Source of the DNA: Azolla caroliniana
Taxonomy: Eukaryota > Plantae > Polypodiophyta
Assembly: GCA_043228905.1 (NCBI GenBank)
Contig: JBHGNT010000029.1
Coordinates: 248,001-312,000, forward strand
Reading direction: 5' to 3'
Length of the DNA: 64,000 nt
Shown: piece by piece, positions 13,601-28,600 of the stretch
Position numbering within the stretch: the first letter of the stretch is position 1
Layout of the letters: each line of letters begins with the position of its first letter
Position numbers and translations under genes: made by a program
The notes under the pieces: model-generated
What the model saw: only the letters and a program-made list of their open reading frames with translations
The model's database searches: none
Told to the model about the DNA's origin: nothing

Positions 13601-16600
13601 TGAACAAAGAAATCCGATATCACACGAGCGAGGTATGTACATTTTAATTTGCTCAAGGACTCTACTCAACTCCCTCCTCAAATTTGCTAGTTTCTTCATG
13701 TCTCTCGACCTGAGTTTCGAGATCTGGATTTTTTAATTCCATATCATCGCTAGCATTGTTAGCTCCGATTCCCATGTTTGAACACAGAAATCCGATATCA
13801 CACGAGCCAGGTATAAACATTTTAATTTACTCATTCGCCCTACTCAACTGCCTCCTCAAATTTGGTAATTTCTACATGTCTCTCGACCTGAATTTCAAAA
13901 TTTAGATTTTTTAATTCCATATCATAGCTAGCATTATTAGCTTCGATTCGCATGTTTGAACAGAGAAATCCGATATCACACGACCGAGGTATGAATATTT
14001 TAATTTGCTCAAGGACTCTACTCAACTCCCTCCTCAAATTTGCTAATTTCTTCATGTCTCTCGACCTGAGTTTCAAAATCTTGATTTTTTAATTCCATAT
14101 CATAGGTAGCGTTGTTAGTTTCGATTTGCATGTTTGAACACAGGAATCCGATATCACACGAGCGAGGTATGAACAATTTAATCTACTCATTCGCCCTACT
14201 CAACTCCCTCCTCAAATTTGGTAATTTCTTCATGTCTCTCGACCTGAGTTTCGAGATCTGGATTTTTTAATTCCATATCATCGCTAGCATTGTTAGCTCC
14301 GATTCCCATGTTTGAACACAGAAATCCGATATCACACGAGCCAAGTATGAATATTTTAATTTGCTCAAGGACTCTACTCAACTTCCTCCTCAAATTTGGT
14401 AATTTCGTCATGTCCCTCGACCTGAGTTTCAAAATCTTGATTTTTTAATTCCATATCAGAGCTAGTGTTGTTAGTTCCGATTCCCATGTTTGAACATAGA
14501 AATCCGATATCACACGAGCTAGGTGTGAACATTTTAATTTGCTCAAGGGCTCTACTCAACTCCCTCCTCAAATTTGGTAATTTCTTCATGTCTCTCGACC
14601 TGAGTTTCAAAATCCTGATTTTTTAATTCCATATCATAGCTAGCGTTGTTAGCTTCGATTTGCATGTTTGAACACAAAAATCCGATATTACACGAGCCAG
14701 GTATGAACATTTTAATTTGCTCAAGGGCTCTACTCAACTCCCTCCTCAAATTTGCTAATTTCTTCATGTCTCTCGACCTGAATTTCCAGATATGGATTAT
14801 TTCATTCCATATCATAGCTAGCGTTGTTTGCTCCGATTCCCATGTTTGAACACAGAAATCCGATATTACACGAGCGAGGTATGAACATTTTAATTTGCTC
14901 AAGGGCTCTATTCAACTCCCTCCTCAAATTTCCTAATTTCTTCATGTCTCTCGACCTTAGTTTCAAAATCTTGATTTTTTAATTCCATATCATAGCTAGC
15001 GTTTTTAGCTTCGATTCGCATGTTTGAACACAAGAATCCGATATCACACGAGCGAGCTATGAACAATTTAATTTACTCATTCGCCGTACTCAACTCCCTC
15101 CTCAAATTTGCTAATTTCGTCATGTCTCTCGACCTGAGTTTCACAATCTTGATTTTTTAGTTCCATATTATAGCTAGCGTTGTTAGCTTCGATTTGCAAG
15201 TTTGAACACAGGAATCCGATATCACACGAGCGAGGTATGAACAATTTAATCTACTCATTCGCCCTACTCAACTCCCTCCTCAAATTTGGTAATTTCTTCA
15301 TGTCTCTCGACCTGAGTTTCGAGATCTGGATTTTTTAATTCCATATCATCGCTAGCATTGTTAGCTCCGATTCCCATGTTTGAACACAGAAATCCGATAT
15401 CGCACGAGCCAAGTATGAATATTTTAATTTGCTCAAGGACTCTACTCAACTTCCTCCTCAAATTTGGTAATTTCGTCATGTCCCTCGACCTGAGTTTCAA
15501 AATCTTGATTTTTTAATTCCATATCATAGCTAGTCTTGTTAATTCCGATTCCCATGTTTGAACACAGAAATCCGATATCACACGAGCTAGGTGTGAACAT
15601 TTTAATTTGCTCAAGGGCTCTACTCAACTCCCTCCTCAAATTTGGTAATTTCTTCATGTCTCTCGACCTGAGTTTCAAAATCCTGATTTTTTAATTCCAT
15701 ATCATAGCTAGCGTTGTTAGCTTCGATTTGCATGTTTGAACACAAAAATCCGATAATACACGAGCCAGGTATGAACATTTTAATTTGCTCAAGGGCTCTA
15801 CTCAACTCCCTCCTCAAATTTGCTAATTTCTTCATGTCTCTCGACCTGAATTTCCAGATATGGATTATTTCATTCCATATCATAGCTAGCGTTGTTTGCT
15901 CCGATTCCCATGTTTGAACACAGAAATCCGATATTACACGAGCGAGGTATGAACATTTTAATTTGCTCAAGGGCTCTACTCAACTCCCTCCTCAAATTTG
16001 CTAATTTCTTCATGTCTCTCGACCTGAGTTTCAAAATCTTGATTTTTTAATTCCATATCATAGCTAGCATTTTTAGCTTCGATTCGCATGTTTGAACACA
16101 AGAATCCGATATCACACGAGCGAGCTATGAACAATTTAATTTACTCATTCGCCCTACTCAACTCCCTCCTCAAATTTGCTAATTTCGTCATGTCTCTCGA
16201 CCTGAGTTTCACAATCTTGATTTTTTAGTTCCATATTATAGCTAGCGTTGTTAGCTTCGATTCGCAAGTTTGAACACAGGAATCCGATATCACACGAGCG
16301 AGGTATGAACAATTTAATCTACTCATTCGCCCTACTCAACTCCCTCCTCAAATTTGGTAATTTCTTCATGTCTCTCGACCTGAGTTTCAAAATCTTGATT
16401 TTTTTATTCCATATCATACCTAGCGTTGTTAGTTCCGATTCCCATGTTTGAACAGAAAAATCCGATATCACACGAGCGAGGTATGAACAATTTAATTTAC
16501 TCATTCGCCCTCCTCAACTCCCTCCTAAAATTTGGTAATTTATTCATGTCTCTCGACCTTAGTTTCGAGATCTCGATTTTTTAATTCCATATCATAGCTA

Positions 16601-19600
16601 GCGTTGTTAGCTTCGATTCGCATGTTTGAACACAGGAATCCGATATCACACGAGCGAGCTATAAACAATTTAATTTACTCATTCGCCTTACTCAACTCCC
16701 TCCTCAAATTTGCTAATTTCGTCATGTCTCTCCACCTGAGTTTCACAATCTTGATTTTTTAATTCCATATCCTAGCTAGCGTTGTTAGCTTCGAATGGCA
16801 TGTTTGAACACAAAAATCCGATATTACTCGAGCCAGGTATGAACATTTTAATTTGCTGAAGGGCTCGACTCAACTCCCTCCTCAAATTTGCTAATTTCTT
16901 CATGTCTCTCGACCTGAGTTTCCAGATCTGGATTTTTTCATTCCATATCATAGCTAGCGTTGTTAGCTTCGATTTGCATGTTTGAACACAGAAATCCGAT
17001 ATTACACGAGCTAGGTATGAACATTTTAATTTGCTCAAGGGCTCTACTCAACTCCCTCCTCAAATTTGGTAATTTCTTCATGTCTCTCGACCTGAGTTTC
17101 AAATTCTTGATTTTTTAATTCCATATTATAGCTAGCGTTGTTAGCTTCGATTTGCAAGTTTGAACACAGGAATCCGATATCACACGAGCGAGGTATGAAC
17201 AATTTAATCTACTCATTCGCCCTAATCAACTCCCTCCTCAAATTTGGTAATTTCTTCATGTCTCTCGACCTGAGTTTCAAAATCTTGATTTTTTTATTCC
17301 ATATCATAGCTAGCGTTGTTAGTTCTGATTCCCATGTTTGAACAGAAAAATCCGATATCACACGAGCGAGGTATGAACAATTTAATTTACTCATTCGCCC
17401 TCCTCAACTCCCTCCTAAAATTTGGTAATTTCTTCATGTCTCTCGACCTTAGTTTCGAGATTTAGATTTTGTAATTCCATATCATAGCTAGCGTTGTTAG
17501 CTTCGATTCGCATGTTTGAACACAGGAATCCGATATCACACGAGCGAGCTATAAACAATTTAATTTACTCATTCGCCCTACTCAACTCCCTCCTCAAATT
17601 TGCTAATTTCGTCATGTCTCTCCACCTGAGTTTCACAATCTTGATTTTTTAATTCCATATCCTAGCTAGCGTTGTTAGCTTCGAATGGCATGTTTGAACA
17701 CAAAAATCCGATATTACTCGAGCCAGGTATGAACATTTTAATTTGCTCAAGGGCTCTACTCAACTCCCTCCTCAAATTTGCTAATTTCTTCATGTCTCTC
17801 GACCTGAGTTTCCAGATCTGGATTTTTTCATTCCATATCATAGCTAGCGTTGTTAGCTCCGATTTGCATGTTTGAACACAGAAATCCGATATTACACGAG
17901 CTAGGTATGAACATTTTAATTTGCTCAAGGGCTCTACTCAACTCCCTCCTCAAATTTGGTAATTTCTTCATGTCTCTCGACCTGAGTTTCAAAATCTTGA
18001 TTTTTTTATTCCATATCATAGCTAGCGTTGTTAGCTCCGATTCCCATGTTTGAACAAAAAAAACCGATATTACACGAGCCAGGTATGAACATTTTAATTT
18101 GCTCAAGAGCTCTACTCAACTCCCTCCTAAAATTTGGTAATTTCCTCATGTCTCTCGACCTGAGTTTCAAAATCTTGATTTTTTAAATCCATATCCTAGC
18201 TAGCGTTGTTAGCTTCGATTTGCATGTTTGAACACAGGAATCCGATATCACACGAGCGAAGTATGAACATTTTAATTTGCTCAAGGACTCTACTCAACTC
18301 CCTCCTCAAATTTGGTAATTTCTTCATGTCTCTCGACCTGAGTTTCGAGATCTGGATTTTTTAATTCCATATCATCGCTAGCATTGTTAGCTCCGATTCC
18401 CATGTTTGAACACAGAAATCCGATATCGCACGAGCCAAGTATGAATATTTTAATTTGCTCAAGGACTCTACTCAACTTCCTCCTCAAATTTGGTAATTTC
18501 GTCATGTCCCTCGACCTGAGTTTCAAAATCTTGATTTTTTAATTCCATATCATAGCTAGTCTTGTTAATTCCGATTCCCATGTTTGAACACAGAAATCCG
18601 ATATCACACGAGCTAGGTGTGAACATTTTAATTTGCTCAAGGGCTCTACTCAACTCCCTCCTCAAATTTGGTAATTTCTTCATGTCTCTCGACCTGAGTT
18701 TCAAAATCCTGATTTTTTAATTCCATATCATAGCTAGCGTTGTTAGCTTCGATTTGCATGTTTGAACACAAAAATCCGATATTACACGAGCCAGGTATGA
18801 ACATTTTAATTTGCTCAAAGGCTCTACTCAACTCCCTCCTCAAATTTGCTAATTTCTTCATGTCTCTCGACCTGAATTTCCAGATATGGATTATTTCATT
18901 CCATATCATAGCTAGCGTTGTTTGCTCCGATTCCCATGTTTGAACACAGAAATCCGATATTACACGAGCGAGGTATGAACATTTTAATTTGCTCAAGGGC
19001 TCTACTCAACTCCCTCCTCAAATTTGCTAATTTCTTCATGTCTCTCGACCTGAGTTTCAAAATCTTGATTTTTTAATTCCATATCATAGCTAGCATTTTT
19101 AGCTTCGATTCGCATGTTTGAACACAAGAATCCGATATCACACGAGCGAGCTATGAACAATTTAATTTACTCATTCGCCCTACTCAACTCCCTCCTCAAA
19201 TTTGCTAATTTCGTCATGTCTCTCGACCTGAGTTTCACAATCTTGATTTTTTAGTTCCATATTATAGCTAGCGTTGTTAGCTTCGATTCGCAAGTTTGAA
19301 CACAGGAATCCGATATCACACGAGCGAGGTATGAACAATTTAATCTACTCATTCGCCCTACTCAACTCCCTCCTCAAATTTGGTAATTTCTTCATGTCTC
19401 TCGACCTGAGTTTCAAAATCTTGATTTTTTTATTCCATATCATACCTAGCGTTGTTAGTTCCGATTCCCATGTTTGAACAGAAAAATCCGATATCACACG
19501 AGCGAGGTATGAACAATTTAATTTACTCATTCGCCCTCCTCAACTCCCTCCTAAAATTTGGTAATTTCTTCATGTCTCTCGACCTTAGTTTCGAGATCTC

Positions 19601-22600
19601 GATTTTTTAATTCCATTTCATATCTAGCGTTGTTAGCTTCGATTCGCATGTTTGAACACAGGAATCCGATATCACACGAGCGAGCTATAAACAATTTAAT
19701 TTACTCATTCGCCCTACTCAACTCCCTCCTCAAATTTGCTAATTTCGTCATGTCTCTCCACCTGAGTTTCACAATCTTGATTTTTTAATTCCATATCCTA
19801 GCTAGCGTTGTTAGCTTCGAATGGCATGTTTGAACACAAAAATCCGATATTACTCGAGCCAGGTATGAACATTTTAATTTGCTCAAGGGCTCTACTCAAC
19901 TCCCTCCTCAAATTTGCTAATTTCTTCATGTCTCTCGACCTGAGTTTCCAGATCTGGATTTTTTCATTCCATATCATAGCTAGCGTTGTTAGCTCCGATT
20001 TGCATGTTTGAACACAGAAATCCGATATTACACGAGCTAGGTATGAACATTTTAATTTGCTCAAGGGCTCTACTCAACTCCCTCCTCAAATTTGGTAATT
20101 TCTTCATGTCTCTCGACCTGAGTTTCAAAATCTTGATTTTTTAATTCCATATCATAGCTAGCGTTGTTAGCTCCGATTCCCATGTTTGAACACAAAAATC
20201 CGATATTACACGAGCCAGGTATGAACATTTTAATTTGCTCAAGAGCTCTACTCAACTCCCTCCTAAAATTTGGTAATTTCGTCATGTCTCTCCACCTGAG
20301 TTTCACAATCTTGATTTTTTAATTCCATATCCTAGCTAGCGTTGTTAGCTTCGAATGGCATGTTTGAACACAAAAATCCGATATTACTCGAGCCAGGTAT
20401 GAACATTTTAATTTGCTGAAGGGCTCGACTCAACTCCCTCCTCAAATTTGCTAATTTCTTCATGTCTCTCGACCTGAGTTTCCAGATCTGGATTTTTTCA
20501 TTCCATATCATAGCTAGCGTTGTTAGCTTCGATTTGCATGTTTGAACACAGAAATCCGATATTACACGAGCTAGGTATGAACATTTTAATTTGCTCAAGG
20601 GCTCTACTCAACTCCCTCCTCAAATTTGGTAATTTCTTCATGTCTCTCGACCTGAGTTTCAAATTCTTGATTTTTTAATTCCATATCATAGCTAGCGTTG
20701 TTAGCTCCGATTCCCATGTTTGAACACAAAAATCCGATATTACACGAGCCAGGTATGAACATTTTAATTTGCTCAAGAGCTCTACTCAACTCCCTCCTAA
20801 AATTTGGTAATTTCTTCATGTCTCTCGACCTGAGTTTCAAAATCTTGATTTTTTAATTCCATATCCTAGCTAGCGTTGTTAGCTTCGATTTGCATGTTTG
20901 AACACAGGAATCCGATATCACACGAGCGAAGTATGAACATTTTAATTTGCTCAAGGACTCTACTCAACTCCCTCCTCAAATTTGCTAATTTCTTCATGTC
21001 TCTCGACCTGAGTTTCGAGATCTGGATTTTTTAATTCCATATCATCGCTACAATTGTTAGCTCCGATTCCCATGTTTGAACACAGAAATCCGATATCACA
21101 CGAGCCAAGTATGAATATTTTAATTTGCTCAAGGACTCTACTACACTCCCTCCTCAAATTTGCTAATTTCTTCATGTCTCTCGACCTGAGATTCAAAACC
21201 TTGATTTTTCAATTCCATATCATAGCTAGCGTTGTTATCTTCAATTCGCATGTTTGAAAACAAAAATCCGATATCACACGAGCGAGGTATGAACAATTTA
21301 ATTTACTCATTCGCCCTACTCAACTCTCTCCTCAAATTTGGTAATTTCTTCATGTCTCTCGACCTGAGTTTCAAAATCTTGATTTTTTAATTCCATATCA
21401 TAGCTAGCGTTGTTAGCTCCGATTCCCATGTTTGAACATAAAAATCCAATATCACACGAGCGAGATGTGAACAATTTAATTTGCTCAAGGGCTCTACTCA
21501 ACTCCCTCCTCAAATTTGCTAATTTCTTCATGTCTCTCGACCTGAATTTCCAGATATGGATTATTTCATTCCATATCATAGCTAGCGTTGTTTGCTCCGA
21601 TTCCCATGTTTGAACACAGAAATCCGATATTACACGAGCGAGGTATGAACATTTTAATTTGCTCAAGGGCTCTACTCAACTCCCTCCTCAAATTTGCTAA
21701 TTTCTTCATGTCTCTCGACCTGAGTTTCAAAATCTTGATTTTTTAATTCCATATCATAGCTAGCATTTTTAGCTTCGATTCGCATGTTTGAACACAAGAA
21801 TCCGATATCACACGAGCGAGCTATGAACAATTTAATTTACTCATTCGCCCTACTCAACTCCCTCCTCAAATTTGCTAATTTCGTCATGTCTCTCGACCTG
21901 GGTTTCACAATCTTGATTTTTTAGTTCCATATTATAGCTAGCGTTGTTAGCTTCGATTCGCAAGTTTGAACACAGGAATCCGATATCACACGAGCGAGGT
22001 ATGAACAATTTAATCTACTCATTCGCCCTACTCAACTCCCTCCTCAAATTTGGTAATTTCTTCATGTCTCTCGACCTGAGTTTCAAAATCTTGATTTTTT
22101 CATTCCATATCATAGCTAGCGTTGTTTGCTCCGATTCCCATGTTTGAACACAGAAATCCGATATTACACGAGCGAGGTATGAACATTTTAATTTGCTCAA
22201 GGGCTCTACTCAACTCCCTCCTCAAATTTGCTAATTTCTTCATGTCTCTCGACCTGAGTTTCAAAATCTTGATTTTTTAATTCCATTTCATAGCTAGCAT
22301 TTTTAGTTTCGATTCGCATGTTTGAACACAAGAATCCGATATCACACGAGCGAGCTATGAACAATTTAATTTACTCATTCGCCCTACTCAACTCCGTCCT
22401 CAAATTTGCTAATTTCGTCATGTCTCTCGACCTGAGTTTCACAATCTTGATTTTTTAGTTCCATATTATAGCTAGCGGTGTTAGCTTCGATTCGCAATTT
22501 TGAACACAGGAATCCGATATCACACGAGCGAGGTATGAACAATTTAATCTAGTCATTCGCCCTACTCAACTCCCTCCTCAAATTTGGTAATTTCTTCATG

Positions 22601-25600
22601 TCTCTCGACCTGAGTTTCAAAATCTTGATTTTTTTATTCCATATCATACCTAGCGTTGTTAGTTCCGATTCCCATGTTTGAACAGAAAAATCCGATATCA
22701 CACGAGCGAGGTATGAACAATTTAATTTACTCATTCGCCCTCCTCAACTCCCTCCTAAAATTTGGTAATTTCTTCATGTCTCTCGACCTTAGTTTCGAGA
22801 TCTCGATTTTTTAATTCCATATCATAGCTAGCGTTGTTAGCTTCGATTCGCATGTTTGAACACAGGAATCCGATATCACACGAGCGAGCTATAAACAATT
22901 TAATTTACTCATTCGCCCTACTCAACTCCCTCCTCAAATTTGCTAATTTCGTCATGTCTCTCCACCTGAGTTTCACAATCTTGATTTTTTAATTCCATAT
23001 CCTAGCTAGCGTTGTTAGCTTCGAATGGCATGTTTGAACACAAAAATCCGATATTACTCGAGCCAGGTATGAACATTTTAATTTGCTGAAGGGCTCTACT
23101 CAACTCCCTCCTCAAATTTGCTAATTTCTTCATGTCTCTCGACCTGAGTTTCCAGATCTGGATTTTTTCATTCCATATCATAGCTAGCGTTGTTAGCTCC
23201 GATTTGCATGTTTGAACACAGAAATCCGATATTACACGAGCTAGGTATGAACATTTTAATTTGCTCAAGGGCTCTACTCAACTCCCTCCTCAAATTTGGT
23301 AATTTCTTCATGTCTCTCGACCTGAGTTTCAAAATCTTGATTTTTTTATTCCATATCATAGCTAGCGTTGTTAGCTCCGATTCCCATGTTTGAACAAAAA
23401 AAACCGATATTACACGAGCCAGGTATGAACATTTTAATTTGCTCAAGAGCTCTACTCAACTCCCTCCTAAAATTTGGTAATTTCCTCATGTCTCTCGACC
23501 TGAGTTTCAAAATCTTGCTTTTTTAAATCCATATCCTAGCTAGCGTTGTTAGCTTCGATTTGCATGTTTGAACACAGGAATCCGATATCACACGAGCGAA
23601 GTATGAACATTTTAATTTGCTCAAGGACTCTACTCAACTCCCTCCTCAAATTTGCTAATTTCTTCATGTCTCTCGACCTGAGTTTCGAGATCTGGATTTT
23701 TTAATTCCATATCATCGCTAGCATTGTTAGCTCCGATTCCCATGTTTGAACACAGAAATCCGATATCGCACGAGCCAAGTATGAATATTTTAATTTGCTC
23801 AAGGACTCTACTCAACTTCCTCCTCAAATTTGGTAATTTCGTCATGTCCCTCGACCTGAGTTTCAAAATCTTGATTTTTTAATTCCATATCATAGCTAGT
23901 CTTGTTAATTCCGATTCCCATGTTTGAACACAGAAATCCGATATCACACGAGCTAGGTGTGAACATTTTAATTTGCTCAAGGGCTCTACTCAACTCCCTC
24001 CTCAAATTTGGTAATTTCTTCATGTCTCTCGACCTGAGTTTCAAAATCCTGATTTTTTAATTCCATATCATAGCTAGCGTTGTTAGCTTCGATTTGCATG
24101 TTTGAACACAAAAATCCGATATTACACGAGCCAGGTATGAACATTTTAATTTGCTCAAGGGCTCTACTCAACTCCCTCCTCAAATTTGCTAATTTCTTCA
24201 TGTCTCTCGACCTGAATTTCCAGATATGGATTATTTCATTCCATATCATAGCTAGCGTTGTTTGCTCCGATTCCCATGTTTGAACACAGAAATTCGATAT
24301 TACACGAGCGAGGTATAAACATTTTAATTTGCTCAAGGGCTCTACTCAACTCCCTCCTCAAATTTGCTAATTTCTTCATGTCTCTCGACCTGAGTTTCAA
24401 AATCTTGATTTTTTAATTCCATATCATAGCTAGCATTTTTAGCTTCGATTCGCATGTTTGAACACAAGAATCCGATATCACACGAGCGAGCTATGAACAA
24501 TTTAATTTACTCATTCGCCCTACTCAACTCCCTCCTCAAATTTGCTAATTTCGTCATGTCTCTCGACCTGAGTTTCACAATCTTGATTTTTTAGTTCCAT
24601 ATTATAGCTAGCGGTGTTAGCTTCGATTCGCAAGTTTGAACACAGGAATCCGATATCACACGAGCGAGGTATGAACAATTTAATCTACTCATTCGCCCTA
24701 CTCAACTCCCTCCTCAAATTTGGTAATTTCTTCATGTCTCTCGACCTGAGTTTCAAAATCTTGATTTTTTTATTCCATATCATACCTAGCGTTGTTAGTT
24801 CCGATTCCCATGTTTGAACAGAAAAATCCGATATCACACGAGCGAGGTATGAACAATTTAATTTACTCATTCGCCCTCCTCAACTCCCTCCTAAAATTTG
24901 GTAATTTCTTCATGTCTCTCGACCTTAGTTTCGAGATCTCGATTTTTTAATTCCATTTCATATCTAGCGTTGTTAGCTTCGATTCGCATGTTTGAACACA
25001 GGAATCCGATATCACACGAGCGAGCTATAAACAATTTAATTTACTCATTCGCCCTACTCAACTCCCTCCTCAAATTTGCTAATTTCGTCATGTCTCTCCA
25101 CCTGAGTTTCACAATCTTGATTTTTTAATTCCATATCCTAGCTAGCGTTGTTAGCTTCGAATGGCATGTTTGAACACAAAAATCCGATATTACTCGAGCC
25201 AGGTATGAACATTTTAATTTGCTCAAGGGCTCTACTCAACTCCCTCCTCAAATTTGCTAATTTCTTCATGTCTCTCGACCTGAGTTTCCAGATCTGGATT
25301 TTTTCATTCCATATCATAGCTAGCGTTGTTAGCTCCGATTTGCATGTTTGAACACAGAAATCCGATATTACACGAGCTAGGTATGAACATTTTAATTTGC
25401 TCAAGGGCTCTACTCAACTCCCTCCTCAAATTTGGTAATTTCTTCATGTCTCTCGACCTGAGTTTCAAAATCTTGATTTTTTAATTCCATATCATAGCTA
25501 GCGTTGTTAGCTCCGATTCCCATGTTTGAACACAAAAATCCGATATTACACGAGCCAGGTATGAACATTTTAATTTGCTCAAGAGCTCTACTCAACTCCC

Positions 25601-28600
25601 TCCTAAAATTTGGTAATTTCTTCATGTCTCTCGACCTGAGTTTCAAAATCTTGATTTTTTAATTCCATATCCTAGCTAGCGTTGTTAGCTTCGATTTGCA
25701 TGTTTGAACACAGGAATCCGATATCACACGAGCGAAGTATGAACATTTTAATTTGCTCAAGGACTCTACTCAACTCCCTCCTCAAATTTGCTAATTTCTT
25801 CATGTCTCTCGACCTGAGTTTCGAGATCTGGATTTTTTAATTCCATATCATCGCTACAATTGTTAGCTCCGATTCCCATGTTTGAACACAGAAATCCGAT
25901 ATCACACGAGCCAAGTATGAATATTTTAATTTGCTCAAGGACTCTACTACACTCCCTCCTCAAATTTGCTAATTTCTTCATGTCTCTCGACCTGAGATTC
26001 AAAACCTTGATTTTTCAATTCCATATCATAGCTAGCGTTGTTATCTTCAATTCGCATGTTTGAAAACAAAAATCCGATATCACACGAGCGAGGTATGAAC
26101 AATTTAATTTACTCATTCGCCCTACTCAACTCTCTCCTCAAATTTGGTAATTTCTTCATGTCTCTCGACCTGAGTTTCAAAATCTTGATTTTTTAATTCC
26201 ATATCATAGCTAGCGTTGTTAGCTCCGATTCCCATGTTTGAACACAGAAATCCAATATCACACGAGCGAGGTGTGAACAATTTAACTTGCTCAAGGGCTC
26301 TACTCAACTCCCTCCCAAAATTTGGTAATTTCTTCATGTCTCTCGAACTGAGTTTCAAAATCTTGATTTTTTAATTCCATATCATAGCTAGCGTTGTTAG
26401 CTCCGATTCCCATGTTTGAACACAGAAATCCAATATCACACGAGCGAGGTATGAACAATTTAATTTCCTCAAGGGCTCTACTCAACTCCCTCCCAAAATT
26501 TGGTAATTTCTTCATGTCTCTCGACCTGAGTTTCAAAATCTTGATTTTTTAATTCCATATCATAGCTAGCGTTGTTAGCTTCGATTTGCATGTTTGAACA
26601 CAGGAATCCGATATCACACGAGCGAGGTATGAACACTTTAATTTGCTCAAGAGCTCTACTCAAGGACTCTTGATTTTTTAATCCCATATCATAGCTAGCG
26701 TTGTTAGTTCTGATTCCCATGTTTGAACACAGAAATCCGATATCACACGAGCCACGTATAAACATTTTAATTTGCTCAAGGGCTGTACTCAACTCCCTCC
26801 TAAAATTTGGTAATTTCTTCATGTCTCTCGACCTGAGTTTCAAAATCTTGATTTTTTAATTCCATATCATAGCTAGCGTTGTTAGTTCCGATTCCCATGT
26901 TTGAACACAAAAATCCGATATCACACGAGCCACGTATAAACATTTTAATTTGCTGAAGGGCTCTACTCAACTCCCTCCTAAAATTTGGTAATTTCTTCAT
27001 GTCTCTCGACCTGAGTTTCAAAATGTTGATTTTTTAATTCCATATCATAGCTAGCGTTGTTAGCTTCGATTTGCATGTTTGAACACAAAAATCCGATATC
27101 ACACGAGCGAGGTATGAACGCTTTAATTTGCTCAAGGACTCTACTCAAGGACTCTTGATTTTTTAATTCCATATCATAGCTAGCGTTGTTAGCTCTGATT
27201 CTCATGTTTGAACACAGAAATCTGATATCACACGAACCAGGTATGAACATTTTAATTTGCTCAAGGGCTCTAGTAACCTCCCTCCTCAAATTTGCTAATT
27301 TTTTCCTGTCTCTCGACCTGTGTTTCAAAATCTTGATTTTTTAATTCCATATCATAGCTAGCGTTGTTAAATTCGATTCGCAGGTTTGAACACAGGAATC
27401 CGATATCACACGAGCGAGGTATGAACATTTTAATTTGCTCAAGGACTCTACTCAACTCCCTCCTCAAATTTGGTAATTTCTTCATGTCTCTCGACCTGAG
27501 TTTCCAGATCTTGATTTTTTAATTCTATATCATAGCTAGCGTTGTTAACTTCGATTTGCATGTTTGAACACAAAAATCCGATATTACACGAGCCAGGTAT
27601 GAACATTTTAATTTGCTCAAGGGCTCTACTCAACTCCCTCCTCAAATTTGGTAATTTCTTCATGTCTCTCGACCTGAGTTTCAAAATCTTGATTTTTTAA
27701 TTCCATATCCTAGCTAGCGTTGTTAGCTTCGATTTGCATGTTTGAACACAGGAATCCGATATCACACGAGCGAGGTATGAACATTTTAATTTGCTCAAGG
27801 ACTCTCCTCAACTCCCTCCTCAAATTTGCTAATTTCTTCATGTCTCTCGACCTGAGTTTCGAGATCTGGATTTTTTAATTCCATATCATCGCTAGCATTG
27901 TTAGCTCCGATTCCCATGTTTGAACACAGGAATCCGATATCACACGAGCGAGGTATGAACATTTTAATTTGCTCAAGAACTCTCGACCTTAGTTTCGAGA
28001 TCTGGATTTTTTAATTCCATATCATAGCTAGAGTTGTTAGCTTCGATTTGCATGTTTGAACAGAGAAATCCGATATCACACGAGCGAGGTCTAAACAATT
28101 TAATCTACTCATTCCCCTACTCAACTCCCTCCTCAAATTTGGTAATTTCTTCATGTCTCTCGACCTTAGTTTCAAAATCTTGATTTTTTTATTCCATATC
28201 ATAGCTAGCGTTGTTAGTTCCGATTCCCATGTTTGAACACAAAAATCCGATATCACACGAGCGAGGTATGAACAATTTAATTTACTCATTTGCCCTACTC
28301 AACTCCCTCCTAAAATTTGGTAATTTCTTCATGTCTCTCGACCTTAGTTTCGAGATCTGGATTTTTTAATTCCATATCATAGCTAGAGTTGTTAGTTTCG
28401 ATTTGCATGTTTGAACACAGGAATCCGATATCACACGAGCGAGGTATGAACATTTTAATTTGCTCAAGGACTCTACTCAACTCCCTCCTCAAATTTGCTA
28501 ATTTCTTCATGTCTCTTGACCCGAGTTTTGAGATCTGGATTTTTTAATTCCATATCATCGCTAGCATTGTTAGCTCCGATTCCCATGTTTGAACACAGAA

